Below are positions 51,001 to 62,809 of a DNA stretch of 64,000 bases, one piece after another; position 1 is the stretch's first letter, and each line of letters opens with the position of its first letter. This stretch comes from Geosiphon pyriformis uo1 (lineage: Eukaryota; Fungi; Glomeromycota): the NCBI GenBank assembly GCA_016748015.1, contig JAAOMT010000703.1:62001-126000 (forward strand), in the 5' to 3' direction. The notes under the pieces are model-generated. The model ran no database searches. It was given only the letters and a program-made list of their open reading frames with translations, and had not been told where the DNA came from. Both the position numbers and the translations under genes were made by a program.

Positions 51001-52603
51001 AACCAAAAAATTATCACTTCAGAGAACACTGAACCTATTATACACAGCAGAAATCTAATTAAATAGAATCTTAGAGAGAATTCTTCTGGCAGTTTCAATC
51101 AAAGTAATAGGCTGGATGTTCGTCAAAACACCATTCTACTTATAAAATTTAGGAATCATTAAGATTCAGGTCTTTTTCTATAAAATAGGCACATTATCAA
51201 TGAATAAACATGTATTTAATAACTCCAAAAAGAACTTAATCACCTCATCACTATTATGCCTTCAAAGTTTATTAAAAATGCCAAACAAGTTAGCAGTCTT
51301 GTCATCAAGCAGACTATTAATTACCAAACATAATTTTTTTATACTAATTTTTTTCATTACACAAGAAAAAACATTATCTTTAACATAATTTAATAAAACA
51401 TATTGGTAAGTCTAAAGACCAGATATAGTCATAGACATAACTTGCTTTCTTGTTCAATCTTTTATTATTTTATCTATATTAAGCTTTATCTCTTTCAGCT
51501 CCAAAACCAACTTCCCATCTACCACTAAATAATCTAGAACCACTTTGTAAAAAGGCTAATTCAGAATATTTCTAATCATGCTACTCTTGTTAAAATCAAA
51601 ACTTTCCATACACTTCTCAATCATTTTTTTTTATAAATGTCTTTTTAGTTAATCTTGACTTGTACATTTTTGACTTTCTGTATTTTTTATAAACTGATGA
51701 CAAGTATTTAATAATTTCTTTTGTCTTACCACTAATACAAAGCATGTCTGCAATCATAAAAGCTTTATTATTATCCAAAGTAGACTATTTTCTTATGAAA
51801 TAATCTACACTAAGTATGTCACTTGAACACAATTTTTTAACAATCTTGGCAATTAACAATCCCAATTCAAAAAACTTAGAAGACTGTTTATTTCTTGAAC
51901 ACTAAAATTTACTAAACTATTATCTAGAAAATATCTTATTTACTGATTCCATCATTATTTTTTTCAGCAGCAATCACATAGTGTTCAAATTACCATGAGC
52001 CCTAAAATTTGAAAACTCATTTCCAACCACCAAAAACTTGGTCAAAGAACAATCTTTAAATCATATTTACTTGGCACTATTTGCATTCTTGATTTTAAAC
52101 TTCTAATAATCTCTATTAGTCTGTTTGCATAAACTATTTAAGTAAATGTTTAAGAACTTACCCAAACCAATTGACACTATGACAGCCTTGTGATCAATGT
52201 CAAAAAAATTGGATACAAAATTAATATCATGACCAATAACTGCTAATTATAAGCTTTTATTAACAAAAATATAATCTAAGATCTTTTTGGCACCTTTCAA
52301 ATTGCTTTAAGTTAACACTTTAATTAATGAATATTTACTGAATGAATTGATCAGATCCAAGCCTAAGCAAGACTTAAAACTTGCACTTTTGTCAGATTTA
52401 CTCTTATTAAAGTCTCCACCCAAGACCACAAAGGTGTTGGAGTTAATAGTCTTAGCAATAAGGGAATTAACTTTAAAAGTCTAACCAAATCTAGCCTCCA
52501 AAAAAGCACCAGTATACAAACTTAGAACCATAACTGACAGCTTACCTTTGAACAGAAATTATACTAAAATAATTTGACCAAGAATTTCTTTTACTTTAGA
52601 CAC
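48041..52603 (-). mobile_element. LINE copy G, 3' portion (mid-endonuclease to tail), split by the Gypsy insertion
   Basis: WHPDSHMLAGF, AKLQAIAL, HKYLKIFLS, LGGDFN; ORF2 stop at 48173-48175; 3' element ~48062-48174. Confidence 0.9.
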
Positions 52604-53673
52604 TGTTATGGGTAAACTTGGTGGGTATAGGAAATAGTAACATTTGGTACTCTCAATTATTGATGATGTGTCTTTAGTGTAATTCTGTTGGCTTAGTCTT
52701 GATTATCAGTTTCTGAAGGTCTATTCTTGGATGTGAATTTACCTGTTGAGTTTTTTTGTTATAAGGCACAGAGTTTGTCTTTCGTCAATTGTAACATTTT
52801 CTGTAAATGTAAACTTTCTTTTCCGAGCTAACAAGTGCAGTTGTTAGGATCTGGCACTGTCTTTTTATCCTTCTGGTAAGCTAACAAAATAATGTTAATA
52901 TCCAAAACTTAGGGGAAGCTTCCCTCTTTTACTAAGCTATCACAAAGTCTATTCCCAGACAGTTAATTTTACTATGTTGCTGCTCCACAAAAAAAATAAG
53001 AAAAAAAAAAGAAAAAAAAGAAAAGAAAAGAAAAAAAAGAAAAGATAAATTAGTATTGTCAATCACCATGATTAAGAGTGATTGGTCCAAATCATTGATT
53101 GTTTGAGGCAGTTATGCTAAAAGCATCTGTCTTAGAATAAAGGTATGAGACAAAGGTTAATTCATGTAAATTCCACAAAGTTCGGAAACATGAATTTGTG
53201 ACTCTAATTTTTTTAATAATTGGTTTATTTCAGAAGATGAAAAATAGGAAGGATAATAAATGATAAAGGGGTATGGATATTTTATTCTTGTCTAGAAGTT
53301 TGTATTTATTTGTCTGTCTGTCTTTTCTAACTTCTACAACTACTTGCTTTTATATATTCTTTTGGTTTTACAAGATTGCTTTCAATTGTCTTACTATTGC
53401 TAGCTATTGCTTTGTTATTTCTGTTATTGCTTCATTTTTCTATGTTATCACTAGTTATTCTATGTTATAACATGTTATCTGATATTATTACATGTTATTC
53501 TGTGTTATCTTGCATTATAACACGTTATCCTATGTTATTGTATGCTATTCTGTGTTATTCTGCATTATAACACATTATCTTATGTTATAATGCGTTATTC
53601 AACATTATTGCACTATTCTGTGTTATATTATGTTTTTTCTTAACTTTGGATTGGTTTTTCTACTTGGGTAACA
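52604..53673 (-). repeat. 3' LTR
   Basis: Direct repeat of 61734-62809; TGTTA...TAACA ends; internal A/G tract ~52988-53045. Confidence 0.95.
53450..53635. repeat. Degenerate 10/20-bp tandem array in LTR U3 (also 62588-62765)
   Basis: Repeats such as gttattctatgttataacat / gttatcctgcattataacac. Confidence 0.8.
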
Positions 53674-53689
53674 TTATCTCTCTCTTTTT
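53674..53689 (-). other. Polypurine tract
   Basis: AAAAAGAGAGAGATAA immediately before the TGT of the 3' LTR. Confidence 0.85.
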
Positions 53690-54422
53690 AAAATTGAGCT
53701 CCTGCAAAACTGTATGTATCTGTTATTGTGGCTTCATTTATGTAATGTTCGATTGTTGCCTTGAATATTGCTTTTTGTAGGTCTTTGAACTGTTAATTGA
53801 TTATTTGTTCTATGTTGTTAACTGTTATGGTTTTCATAGATCCATTCAGTAGTACGTTTGGGCAATGTTGAAAGGCGGTGTATAGTCAGTATGCTGTTTT
53901 GTAATATAGGGTCAAGTTGTTTTTCTCTACAAATTTTTCTACTTGTTGTATTGCTTCTTTGTTGAATATTTTCTGGCTGAGATCTTTATATGGTGTCTTC
54001 AAGTCAAGCTGTTCTTCAATTTTGTAGAACCAATAAGCTGGAGGAAGTCTTTCTTTCTATTTCTGGATGTTGTCAAGTGTTCACTCTCCTGTTTCGGAGA
54101 GTTTGGTCCCACGAGCTAAAACTTGTTTTATTTCTTTGAGCTCAGAAACCAAGTATCTTTTTTTGTAACTTTTTTCTCATTCTTTGCCTCTTTCTTCTTC
54201 ACCTCCTACCTAAAGGCAATTTTTTCTTCAACATTGCCTTTCAGGTGATGGATAGAAAAGAGAACATTTAGTTTTAATTGAAATCTCATTCTCTTTTCTC
54301 CTGCTCTTATCTTTGTACTGTATCTCTTTTTTATCAATTGTTATTTCTATTTGAGATGTTGATTTTTGAATTGTTTCAAATAATTGTTTAGATAATTTTA
54401 AAATTTGATCTGAAAAGTCCAT
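53688..54422 (-). pseudogene. Extra 3' ORF (ORF3) of the Gypsy element, ~244 codons, unknown function
   Basis: Single frame from MDFSDQ... to ...YSFAGAQF* with only TGA/TAG/TAA point stops; stop codon abuts the PPT; homologous remnants at 1-470 and 8330-8450. Confidence 0.7.
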
Positions 54423-54599
54423 GTTAAAATTTCTATCATTTCTTGCTGTTTTTCAGATGCTATATATATTTGAATTCTCCAGTTTAATTTGCTACATGTT
54501 GTCTACATTTTGATGATGATAATTGGTTCCAGATCTCATGGTATATCTTCTGGTTTAATTAATGAAATTTGTGTTCCTAGTTAAAGTACTGATGACAAT

Positions 54600-55760
54600 G
54601 ATTCCTGTTTTGCATGATAAATTTTTAACCAATTTTCATGCACTACTTTCTTTAAAATTCTGTTTTCCAATTGTAGTTTGTAAGCTCCATTTTCTAAAGC
54701 TTTGTGTATGTAAAATGGACCATTCCACTTTGGGTCAAACTTTCAACTCCACTGTTTCTCAACTTTTGTACGATGTAATAGTATCTGGTCTTCAATTTTG
54801 AATTTCATTGGTTGTTTAGATAGGCGATTATTATGTCTTTTCTTTTGTCGTTTTTGAGCGTTACTAATGTTATCAGCTGCTGTTTTTCGATTGTTTTCTA
54901 ATATTTCCATTAGCTGGTATATTCTGTGGTACAAGATAGCTTTAAAATTCTCTTTGGTGATTGTTTCTGTTGGGTAGGACAATATTTCTCATTTGATAAA
55001 TAATGTAGCTTTCCTTCTATAGACTAGTTTGAATGGTGTGAAGTGTGTTATATTTTGTTTTAGTGTTTGGTATACAAAGAGTACTGAAGGTATGAATAGG
55101 TCCCATTCTTGTTCATTTTCTTGACTTATTTTTGCTAGTGCTTCACACAGTATTTGGTTAAACTGTTCTATCAGTCTGTTAGTTTGTAGGTGGTATGGTA
55201 ACAATAAAAGACATTTTATACCAAACTGTTGGCTTAATTCTGTTAACATATTATTGACAAAATATGTTCCTTGATCGGATAACAATTCTTTTGGACATCC
55301 ATGTTGGCAAATTAGGTCTTGATGTATGAACTTGGCTACTGTTTTGGCATTGGCCACTTGAATTGCTCTGGCTTCTGGCCATTTTGTAAGATAATCAATG
55401 GCTACAGTGATATACTGATTTTCTTTAGATGTAATTGAAAGAGGACCAACCAAATCGATAATTCTATCAAATAAATTTTCAACTGGAATGAGTCAAAGTG
55501 GTTCTGTTGATCTTGCTTCTCCTCTTCGCTAACATGTATTACAATTGAGCATGTATTTGAAAATGTCTTTGTATATTATTGGCCAATAGTATAAATTTAG
55601 TGTTCTTTTGAAGGTAGCATCTTTGTTAAAGTGTCCTGACGTCAGATCTGAGTGCATGTTATATAGTATAGTTTCTCTTTCACTGTTCTTGATTAGTTGT
55701 TGTGGGGTGGGGTGATTTCAGCATTCTTATCAATATAGTTAGTTGTCTTGAATAAAATAA
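54600..55760 (-). pseudogene. Integrase (HHCC, DDE core, GPF motif)
   Basis: HSDLTSGH...CNTC, AIDYLTKWPEA, LSDQG, QTNRLIEQFN, KWNGPFYI. Confidence 0.92.
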
Positions 55761-55984
55761 TTTCAGGATTGTTTTCTTATAGTACTTTGTTCCTGTTGAG
55801 ATAATATCTCCTTGAAATGTAGTGTCGATAGGTATTAATGTAGTTGTTGATAAGTAAGTGTGTCCATGGGTCTGGGATTAGGTTTGTGACATTCTCAACA
55901 AACTGTTGGCATTGGTGTTCTTGGATTTTTTTTTCTAATGGACTTTGAGTGGGAATTGTTGCAGATAAATACTCCATCTCACAT

Positions 55985-57323
55985 ATTTTTATTCTAATTG
56001 TGGATTATTGAGTAACCAAATAAGTCCTTTGTGATCGGTATATAGATCAAATGGTTAATTAAGGTAATGTTTTCAAGTCTGTATGGCCCAATAAATGATG
56101 AGAAATTTCAGATCTGTTGTGCTGTAATTCTTTTCTGCTAGGCTCATGCTGCAACTGGCATAGACAATTGGATGTTCTCTATTGTCTAGTTCTATCTGGG
56201 ATAATACTGCTTCTAGAGCATTTTTCAAGGCATTCATAGTAACAATGAACTATTTAGTAAAATCTAAGTAAATCAGAATTGGGGATGTGATCAATCATTG
56301 CTTGAAATAGTCAAATGCTTTCTGTTGATCTTCTTTCCACAAATATAGTATGTATTTGGACAACAATTAATGGAGTGGTTTTGCAATGTTTGAGAAACCT
56401 TTGACAAATCAATGATAATATTCTGCCAATTCTAGGAATCTTCATAATTCTCTGAGGTTGATTGGGGCTGGAAAATCCTTGACTTTTTGTACTTTATCTG
56501 GATTGGGTTTAATTCTGTCCTTGCTGATTACATGTCCTAGGAACTTTAACTTAGTTTTTCCAAAGAAGCACTTCTCGGGATTGAGTTTCAATCCAGCACT
56601 ACAAAGGCATTTGAAGACTTATTGCAGGTGGAACAAATGGTCATTGAATGTTTCAGAGAACATGTTTGTGTTGTTTAGGTAGACTACTACTGATTTCCAA
56701 AGGATTCTTTTGTATACTATATCCATCAGATGTTGAAATGTGGCAAGAGCATTACAAAATCCAAAAAGCATTATGTTAAACTTGAAGTTTCTATCTCGAG
56801 TGGTAAACACTGTTTTTCCTTTGTTTTTGGGGTCCATTTCAACTTGCCAATAACCACTTGCTAGATCTAATGACGAGAACCATTTCTTTTTTCCTAGATT
56901 GTCTAAAATTTTTTGGATAAGGGGAGTGGAATAACTATCTTCTTATGTAATGCTATTTAATTTTCAGTAATCCATGCAAAATTGTACCTTTCCATTTTTC
57001 TTGGTAACCAGGACTACTGGAGAGGACCAAAGGCTTAACAATTCTTTGATTAAACTATTATCAAGCATCTGTTGCACTTCTTGCTTAATTAGATTATTGC
57101 CAGATGGGAGTACGCGGTAAGCTTGTTGCTTAATTGGTTGAGCATCTCCTGTATCAATTTGATGCTTTATAATGTCAGTGCATCCAAACTCATTTTTGCT
57201 AACAAAGACATCAGCATGCTGGTTCAGAAGGACTTTGAGTTGCATTTGTTGCAGAGTACTTAAGTTTTCTAAATTCAATTTATTAATCTCTTCTGGTGTG
57301 AACAAGTAACTTTCTTTTGGCAA
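55985..57323 (-). pseudogene. Gypsy reverse transcriptase and RNase H
   Basis: PIKQQAYR, SPVVLVTKKNGK, LDLASGYWQV, MLFGFCNALATFQ, VVYLNN (YLDD decayed), FLGH, AEKNYST, LYTDHKGL. Confidence 0.92.
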
Positions 57324-57769
57324 ATTCCATACTTGTAAGATAATGTCACAAAATAAGAATAATTGTGCGAAGTTTGGAATGGACTGGGGTTTTCAGGATT
57401 CTGAATATCTGTGAATATAGAACTAATGAGGGTCTCTTCAGGGATTTCAATGACATCTTCTGTCAGGTTGTAGATGGAGATTTTGAAGTGTTTATGGGCT
57501 TTGGCCAGTAGGTATAGATTAGCAACATTAGCTAGAGAACAGATTTCAGGACTGGCTTCGAATAACAGAGCTTGATCTTAGATCTTTTGATTCATCTTGA
57601 GGATGTATTATCAATATAGAAAAATGGAGATGACAGTGTCGGTGTAGATAAATTCTACTTGGTCACTGTCTTCCTCTGTGAAATTAACTGGTACGTTTTC
57701 TCTTCCACTTAATCCAAACCCATTGATTCCTTGAGCAGTGAAACTTAATTCTTCTCAGGTTGTCACTAG

Positions 57770-58095
57770 AGTTAATTGGGGTATTTTGACTAGGGGTAGG
57801 AAGATAACTTGGGCAATCTTTTCTTGCAATTCTATTTTGTAGAGTCTGTCTGAATTGTTTTGTAGTATTACAATAATGTTCCCCATGTAACCAGCATTGA
57901 TGATTCCTCCTTTTACGTCGATTTCTTTCTTGGCTAGACTAGATTGAGAGGCAACTTGTACCATTGTACTAACAGAAATTTCTAATGCTATCTTAAGATC
58001 TATTTTTACAAAAAAATGTAAAGCTATAATGATGGGTGATTGTCCAGGGTATTGTAGATCAAAACCAGCATCAGTGTTATGTGCTCTTTTGGGGC
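57770..58095 (-). pseudogene. dUTPase domain within pol
   Basis: DAGFDL (motif 1), ASQSSLA (motif 2), GGIINAGYMGNI (motif 3), KIAQVIF (motif 4). Confidence 0.9.
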
Positions 58096-59139
58096 AGATT
58101 CTTTCCTCGTTGTCACTGTACCATTTTAGCTATAGTTTTTTGGATAGGTCGAGATACGCGAGATACTGTTCTGTTTCAGTATTCTCAGTTGGATCTTGAA
58201 ATAACATGTCCTCGGTGATCAATACCTCTTCTTCTTCTTCGGGCTCAGGTAGTTCAGCAATTAGAAACAGTATTCTTGGAGGTGGATTGAACATAAGATC
58301 ACATTTGTCACAGTACTAGAAGTGACAGGAGATCAAACAGTGATTGCACAGTTTGGTATTCAAATTAGCTAATCTTTGCTCTTGTTTTTCTTGAGTTGGG
58401 GCCAATTCTTAATATCAGTTCTGAAATGCATCTGGGTCATCTGTGAAAAAATTGTCTGCAGGGTAGTCAGGTCCATTATATTTGGGCATCCAAGAGTTAT
58501 CCTTGATTTCTCATATCTCTTTGGGCATAGTGTCTTCGGCTTTGGTGCTTGCCATTCTTCAGATTTTGTGGTCATTATGTGGATAACTGTCCAACCTGTT
58601 GAGTACTCATTTCCAAGCGTTCTTGATAAGAGTTCCCTTTTGTACCCAATCATTGATTAATATGGTGTATTGACAAGTCTTGTTACATGTTCCTCCTCTA
58701 CCAGGCACATCATTCTAAAGTCCTTCATTGGACAGGATCTTGCTACATGCAAGACACGGCATGTTGTCCCACTTGCCTTGTCATTTTGGTCATTTAAATC
58801 TTTCCAATAAACAAGGTCTGTAGTAGTATTTGGTGGTGGTGGGCCATTTTTTGTTGTCTCCAATACATGTGTCCATAGTAGATAGCTTCTTTCCACAATC
58901 AACACATATTAGTCTTGGAGGTTGGTAAAATAGAATTCTTTGGTCTGAAGTTACGTATTTTATTGATAACGATTGGGGCTCTTTTTCAGCTCTGCTTTTT
59001 CCTTTTTCTTCTCAGGTTGGTGGTGGGAGTAGTTCAGTTTAATAATCATCTGCTCATAAAACCTGATAGGTCTTGATGGTTGGTGGCAGTAGTGTGTCTT
59101 CAAATTCAATAAGGGATTCCTCGATATATTGGGTTTTAA

Positions 59140-59530
59140 AGTATCTGCACGTAACTGGAACTTGGGCATGCTGTCCGTTGAATGTAAGTTGAAGTTCTTG
59201 GGTGTTCCAGTCAAAAGTAGTGTTGGCTTTTGACAACCAATCATTTCCTACTAGAGCTTGATATTGAGTAGCTTCCATGACAAGTACTTTGGTAGGAATC
59301 TGAATTCCATTAATCTCAAAAGAGAAGTTGTCAATTTCTCCTATCAGGGTTTTTGTGTTTCTATCTGCTGTAATAATCTAGGCAGTAGTAGCATGGTCTA
59401 CTCAGTGACCTAGTTGGTTCATGAACTGCTTCGTAATTATGTTACCAGCTAATCTGCTATCTAGAATTAATTTAATGTCTATTCCTCCAACTTTGGCATC
59501 GGTATATAGAGCCGTTATTGGTTTATCCTG
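59140..59530 (-). pseudogene. Aspartic protease
   Basis: IKLILDSRLA (DSG decayed) and ALVGNDWL. Confidence 0.85.
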
Positions 59531-59949
59531 ATTGATGGCTGCTCCACTAAAAAGGCTATGGGTGTTCAAATTATCAATGTTGAAAAGAAATATAGTAACT
59601 AGGGTGGTGTTTTTGGTAATAGTGGCTGGTGGGATATTGCTTTTTGTTTGCTTGAAAGGTTGGGAAATTTGTTCTACATCTTCCTCTTCCACAGATGTAA
59701 ATTTGTTAAAACTCTGGTCTTCCATAAGACCAAGATAGGAAGCTTGATTCGGGTATCCAGTTGGTGTTGGTTGAGATTGGGCAGGACCACAAGGAATTGG
59801 TCAAAACAGTCCACTGTTGGTTTGCACCTAATTGTTGTTGGGATTTCTCTATCCCTGATTATAGTCTATGGCTCAAGGTTTGAACAGGCTGTAAGAGGAA
59901 GTTTGATAGTGAGGGATTGCTTGTGTCATTGGTGGTAGTTGATAATAAT

Positions 59950-61660
59950 TCTGAAACAGTAGTTGAGTGTACAGGACTTGTTGTGCATATTGGGATGGTT
60001 GATTCTGAGGTATAAAATATTGGAGTACCATGCTTTGCTAATATCTGGGTTGCTGGTATTGGTTCCCTTGATTTTGGTCCATTATCTTCTTTCTGCAGTT
60101 ATGGGCAATGTGTTCAGATTTCTGGCAGTAGTAACAGTTGTGGGAATTGGATTTCTAAGGTTGTTGCTGTTGCTAATAGTTCTGTTGCTGTGAGTATCTG
60201 CTGTTATTGTTATTTTCTCTTCATTGTAGTGGTTGATAAGTTCCTGTGCTTCTAGCTAAGAATCCCTCAATTTTTTGAGTTAATTTTTTATTTAATTGAG
60301 TTATCTTTGCATCAATGTCAGAGGTTCTATTGATGGCTAAATTAACGGCTTGAGTATGATTTGCTTCTTACTCGGCTGACTCAAAATTATGAGCGAGAAT
60401 GACTGCTTCTTGTAGGTTTGCTGGATGGCAAGGTCATATAGATCTTAGAAGGCTGTTTCTTAGTCCTTTGATGAATTGATTAAGGACTTGTGTGGTAGTA
60501 TAATAATTTTGCTCGATGGCTAGGATTTGTTGAAGAACCTGATTGAATCTTCCGAGATAAATAGTTACTGCTTTATGGTCATTTTGTTTTATTATACTGA
60601 ATTAATTTTGCAATCAGATGAGTGTATTAGGATCACAGAAGTATTGCAGAAATGTGAATTTAAACTCTGTAAAAAAGATAGACTTCTCTGCAAGACTTTG
60701 ATACCATGAATTGGCAGTTCTGGTCAGAAAGAACGACAGTGCCTGAATTGTGTGATCATCATTCTAACTGTTAGCAGTAATTGCTTTCTCAGTGTCTGCG
60801 ATCCAAGAATATGCGTTATCTTCTTCACTAGAGAATTTTTCCAATTTAGCAATATCCCAGTAAGCCATGATCTGGTTAATGGATAGGGTGTTACTGATTA
60901 TGTTTAAGGGGATTGGTGTCCGTGTATTTGAGTGTTCTCCAGGTGTTAATGCTGGTTGTTTCCCTTTGTCGCTTGAACCAATAGGTTGTAGGATAACTGT
61001 TCTTTCCGTCAGGGAAGATGCTGATTTTGTTGGGTTTTGTGCTGGTGACTGTTCCCAAGTTAATGTGTTTCCTTCTGATTGACCAGCTGCTGGGGTAAGA
61101 TTTCCAAACAGTGATCTATATTCTCCCAGTGATTTGTTCCAACTTTGTTGATTCCAAAGGTGTGGGTTTCCAGGAGTTTGTGGTGTTTCCAACTGGATTT
61201 TTGGAGGTGGGTTGAATACAATTCTACTTTGGAGTGTCTGATAGTATAATGGAGTTGTTGGGAAGAAGATTCTTGGTTTTTTGTTGACTGTGGATTTGTC
61301 TTGGGCAGTTGTGGAATTATTGAATCTATACTTATATTCTTCCAAATCGGATTCTACTGGTTGTTGTACTTGAGAGAATTGTTTTGTCATGTAGTGTTTA
61401 ATGTCTGTATTGACTATGCATAGGGTTTCAGCGATTGCTTGAGTAGTGGTAGTTGTTGAGTACCTTAGTAAGCTTTGATGGATTTGTTCTCCAAGTCTTC
61501 TTGTGTCTATTGCATGGCCTAACAAGCAGTTGATTTTTGTGTTGATATAGTTGCAAAAGTCACTTTCTGTGATGATAGTTTCTGCTGGTATTCCTAAATC
61601 TTTTCAAAAGTACTGAAATAGTGCTTTTCCGTATGAAAAGTGGTCCTTTTCTATTGTTTC
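59950..61660 (-). pseudogene. Gag
   Basis: IAKLEKFSSEEDNAYSWI, SWYQSL, QVLNQFIKGLR; same frame as protease and dUTPase. Ends approximate. Confidence 0.8.
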
Positions 61661-61713
61661 AATAGTCACCACTTTTGTGTATTTCTGGGGTGCTCTGTTT
61701 CTGTGGATTTATA

Positions 61714-61731
61714 ACCTCACAGAAAGCACCA
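61714..61731 (-). other. tRNA primer-binding site TGGTGCTTTCTGTGAGGT
   Basis: TGG begins 2 nt after the LTR end; the complement CCTCACAGAAAGCACCA looks like a tRNA T-stem, acceptor stem and CCA. Confidence 0.8.
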
Positions 61732-61733
61732 AA

Positions 61734-62130
61734 TGTTATGGGTAAACTTGGTGAGTATAGAAAATGGTAATGTTTAGTGCTCTCAATTATTGATGATACA
61801 TCTTCTGCATAATTCTGTTGGCTTAGTCTTGATTATCAGTCTCTGAAAGTCTATTCTTGGATGTGAATTTACCTGTTAAGTTCTTTTGTTATAAGGCACA
61901 GAGTTTGTCTTTCATCGATTGCAACATTTTTTATAAATATAAGCTTTTTTCTCTGAGCTAACAAGCGCAGTTGTTAGGGTCTGGCATTGTCTTTTTGCCC
62001 TTCTGGTAACCTAACAAGATAATGTTAATATTTAAAACTTAGGGGCAGCTTCCTTTTTTTACCAGACTATCACAAAGTCTATTCTCAGACAGTCGATTTT
62101 ACTATGTTGCCGCTGCACAAAAAAAATAAG

Positions 62131-62162
<32 letters not shown>

Positions 62163-62809
62163 AAAAAAAAGAAAAAAAAGATAAATTAGTATTGTCAATC
62201 GCTGTAATCAAGAGTGATTGGTCCAAATTGTTGATTATTCAAGGCAGTTATGCTAAGAGCATCTGTTCTAGAACAAAGATATAAGACAAGAGTTAATTCA
62301 CATAAATTTCACAAAGTTTGGGAACATAAATTTATGACTCTAATTTCTTTAATAATTGGTTTATTTCAAAAGATGAAAAATAGAGAAGATAATAAATGAT
62401 AAAGGGGTATGGATATTTTATTCTTGTTTAGAGGTTCATATCTATTTGTCTGTCTGTTTTTTCTAACTTCTACAACTACTTGCTTTTATATATTCTTTTG
62501 GTTTTACAGGATTGCTTTCAATTGTCTCACTATCACTAGCTATTGCTTTGTTATTTTTGTTATTGCTTTGTTTTTCTACATTATTGCTAGTTATTCTATG
62601 TTATAACACATTATCTGACATTATTACATGTTATTCTGTGTTATTCTGTATTATAACATGTTATCCTATGTTATTGCGCACTATTCTGTGTTATCCTGCA
62701 TTATAACACATTATCTTATGTTATAATGCATTATCCAACATTATTGTGCTATTCTGTATTATGTCACGTTTTTTTTTAACTTTGGATTGGTTTTTCTACT
62801 CAGGTAACA
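61734..62809 (-). repeat. 5' LTR
   Basis: Direct repeat of 52604-53673; followed on the minus strand by the PBS. Confidence 0.95.

Larger units (their letters stand above)
52604..62809 (-). mobile_element. Full-length Ty3/Gypsy LTR retrotransposon with dUTPase, inactivated
   Basis: Two ~1.07-kb TG...CA LTRs, TSD ACAC (52600-52603 and 62810-62813), PBS, PPT, domain order gag-PR-dUTPase-RT-RH-INT. Confidence 0.96.

Noticed and set aside
53450-53635. CRISPR-like array
   Set aside because: Short degenerate tandem units with no unique spacers, inside both LTRs of a eukaryotic retroelement; no cas genes.
53688-54422. ORF3 as a retroviral envelope gene
   Set aside because: Too short and hydrophilic; no signal peptide or TM anchor visible.
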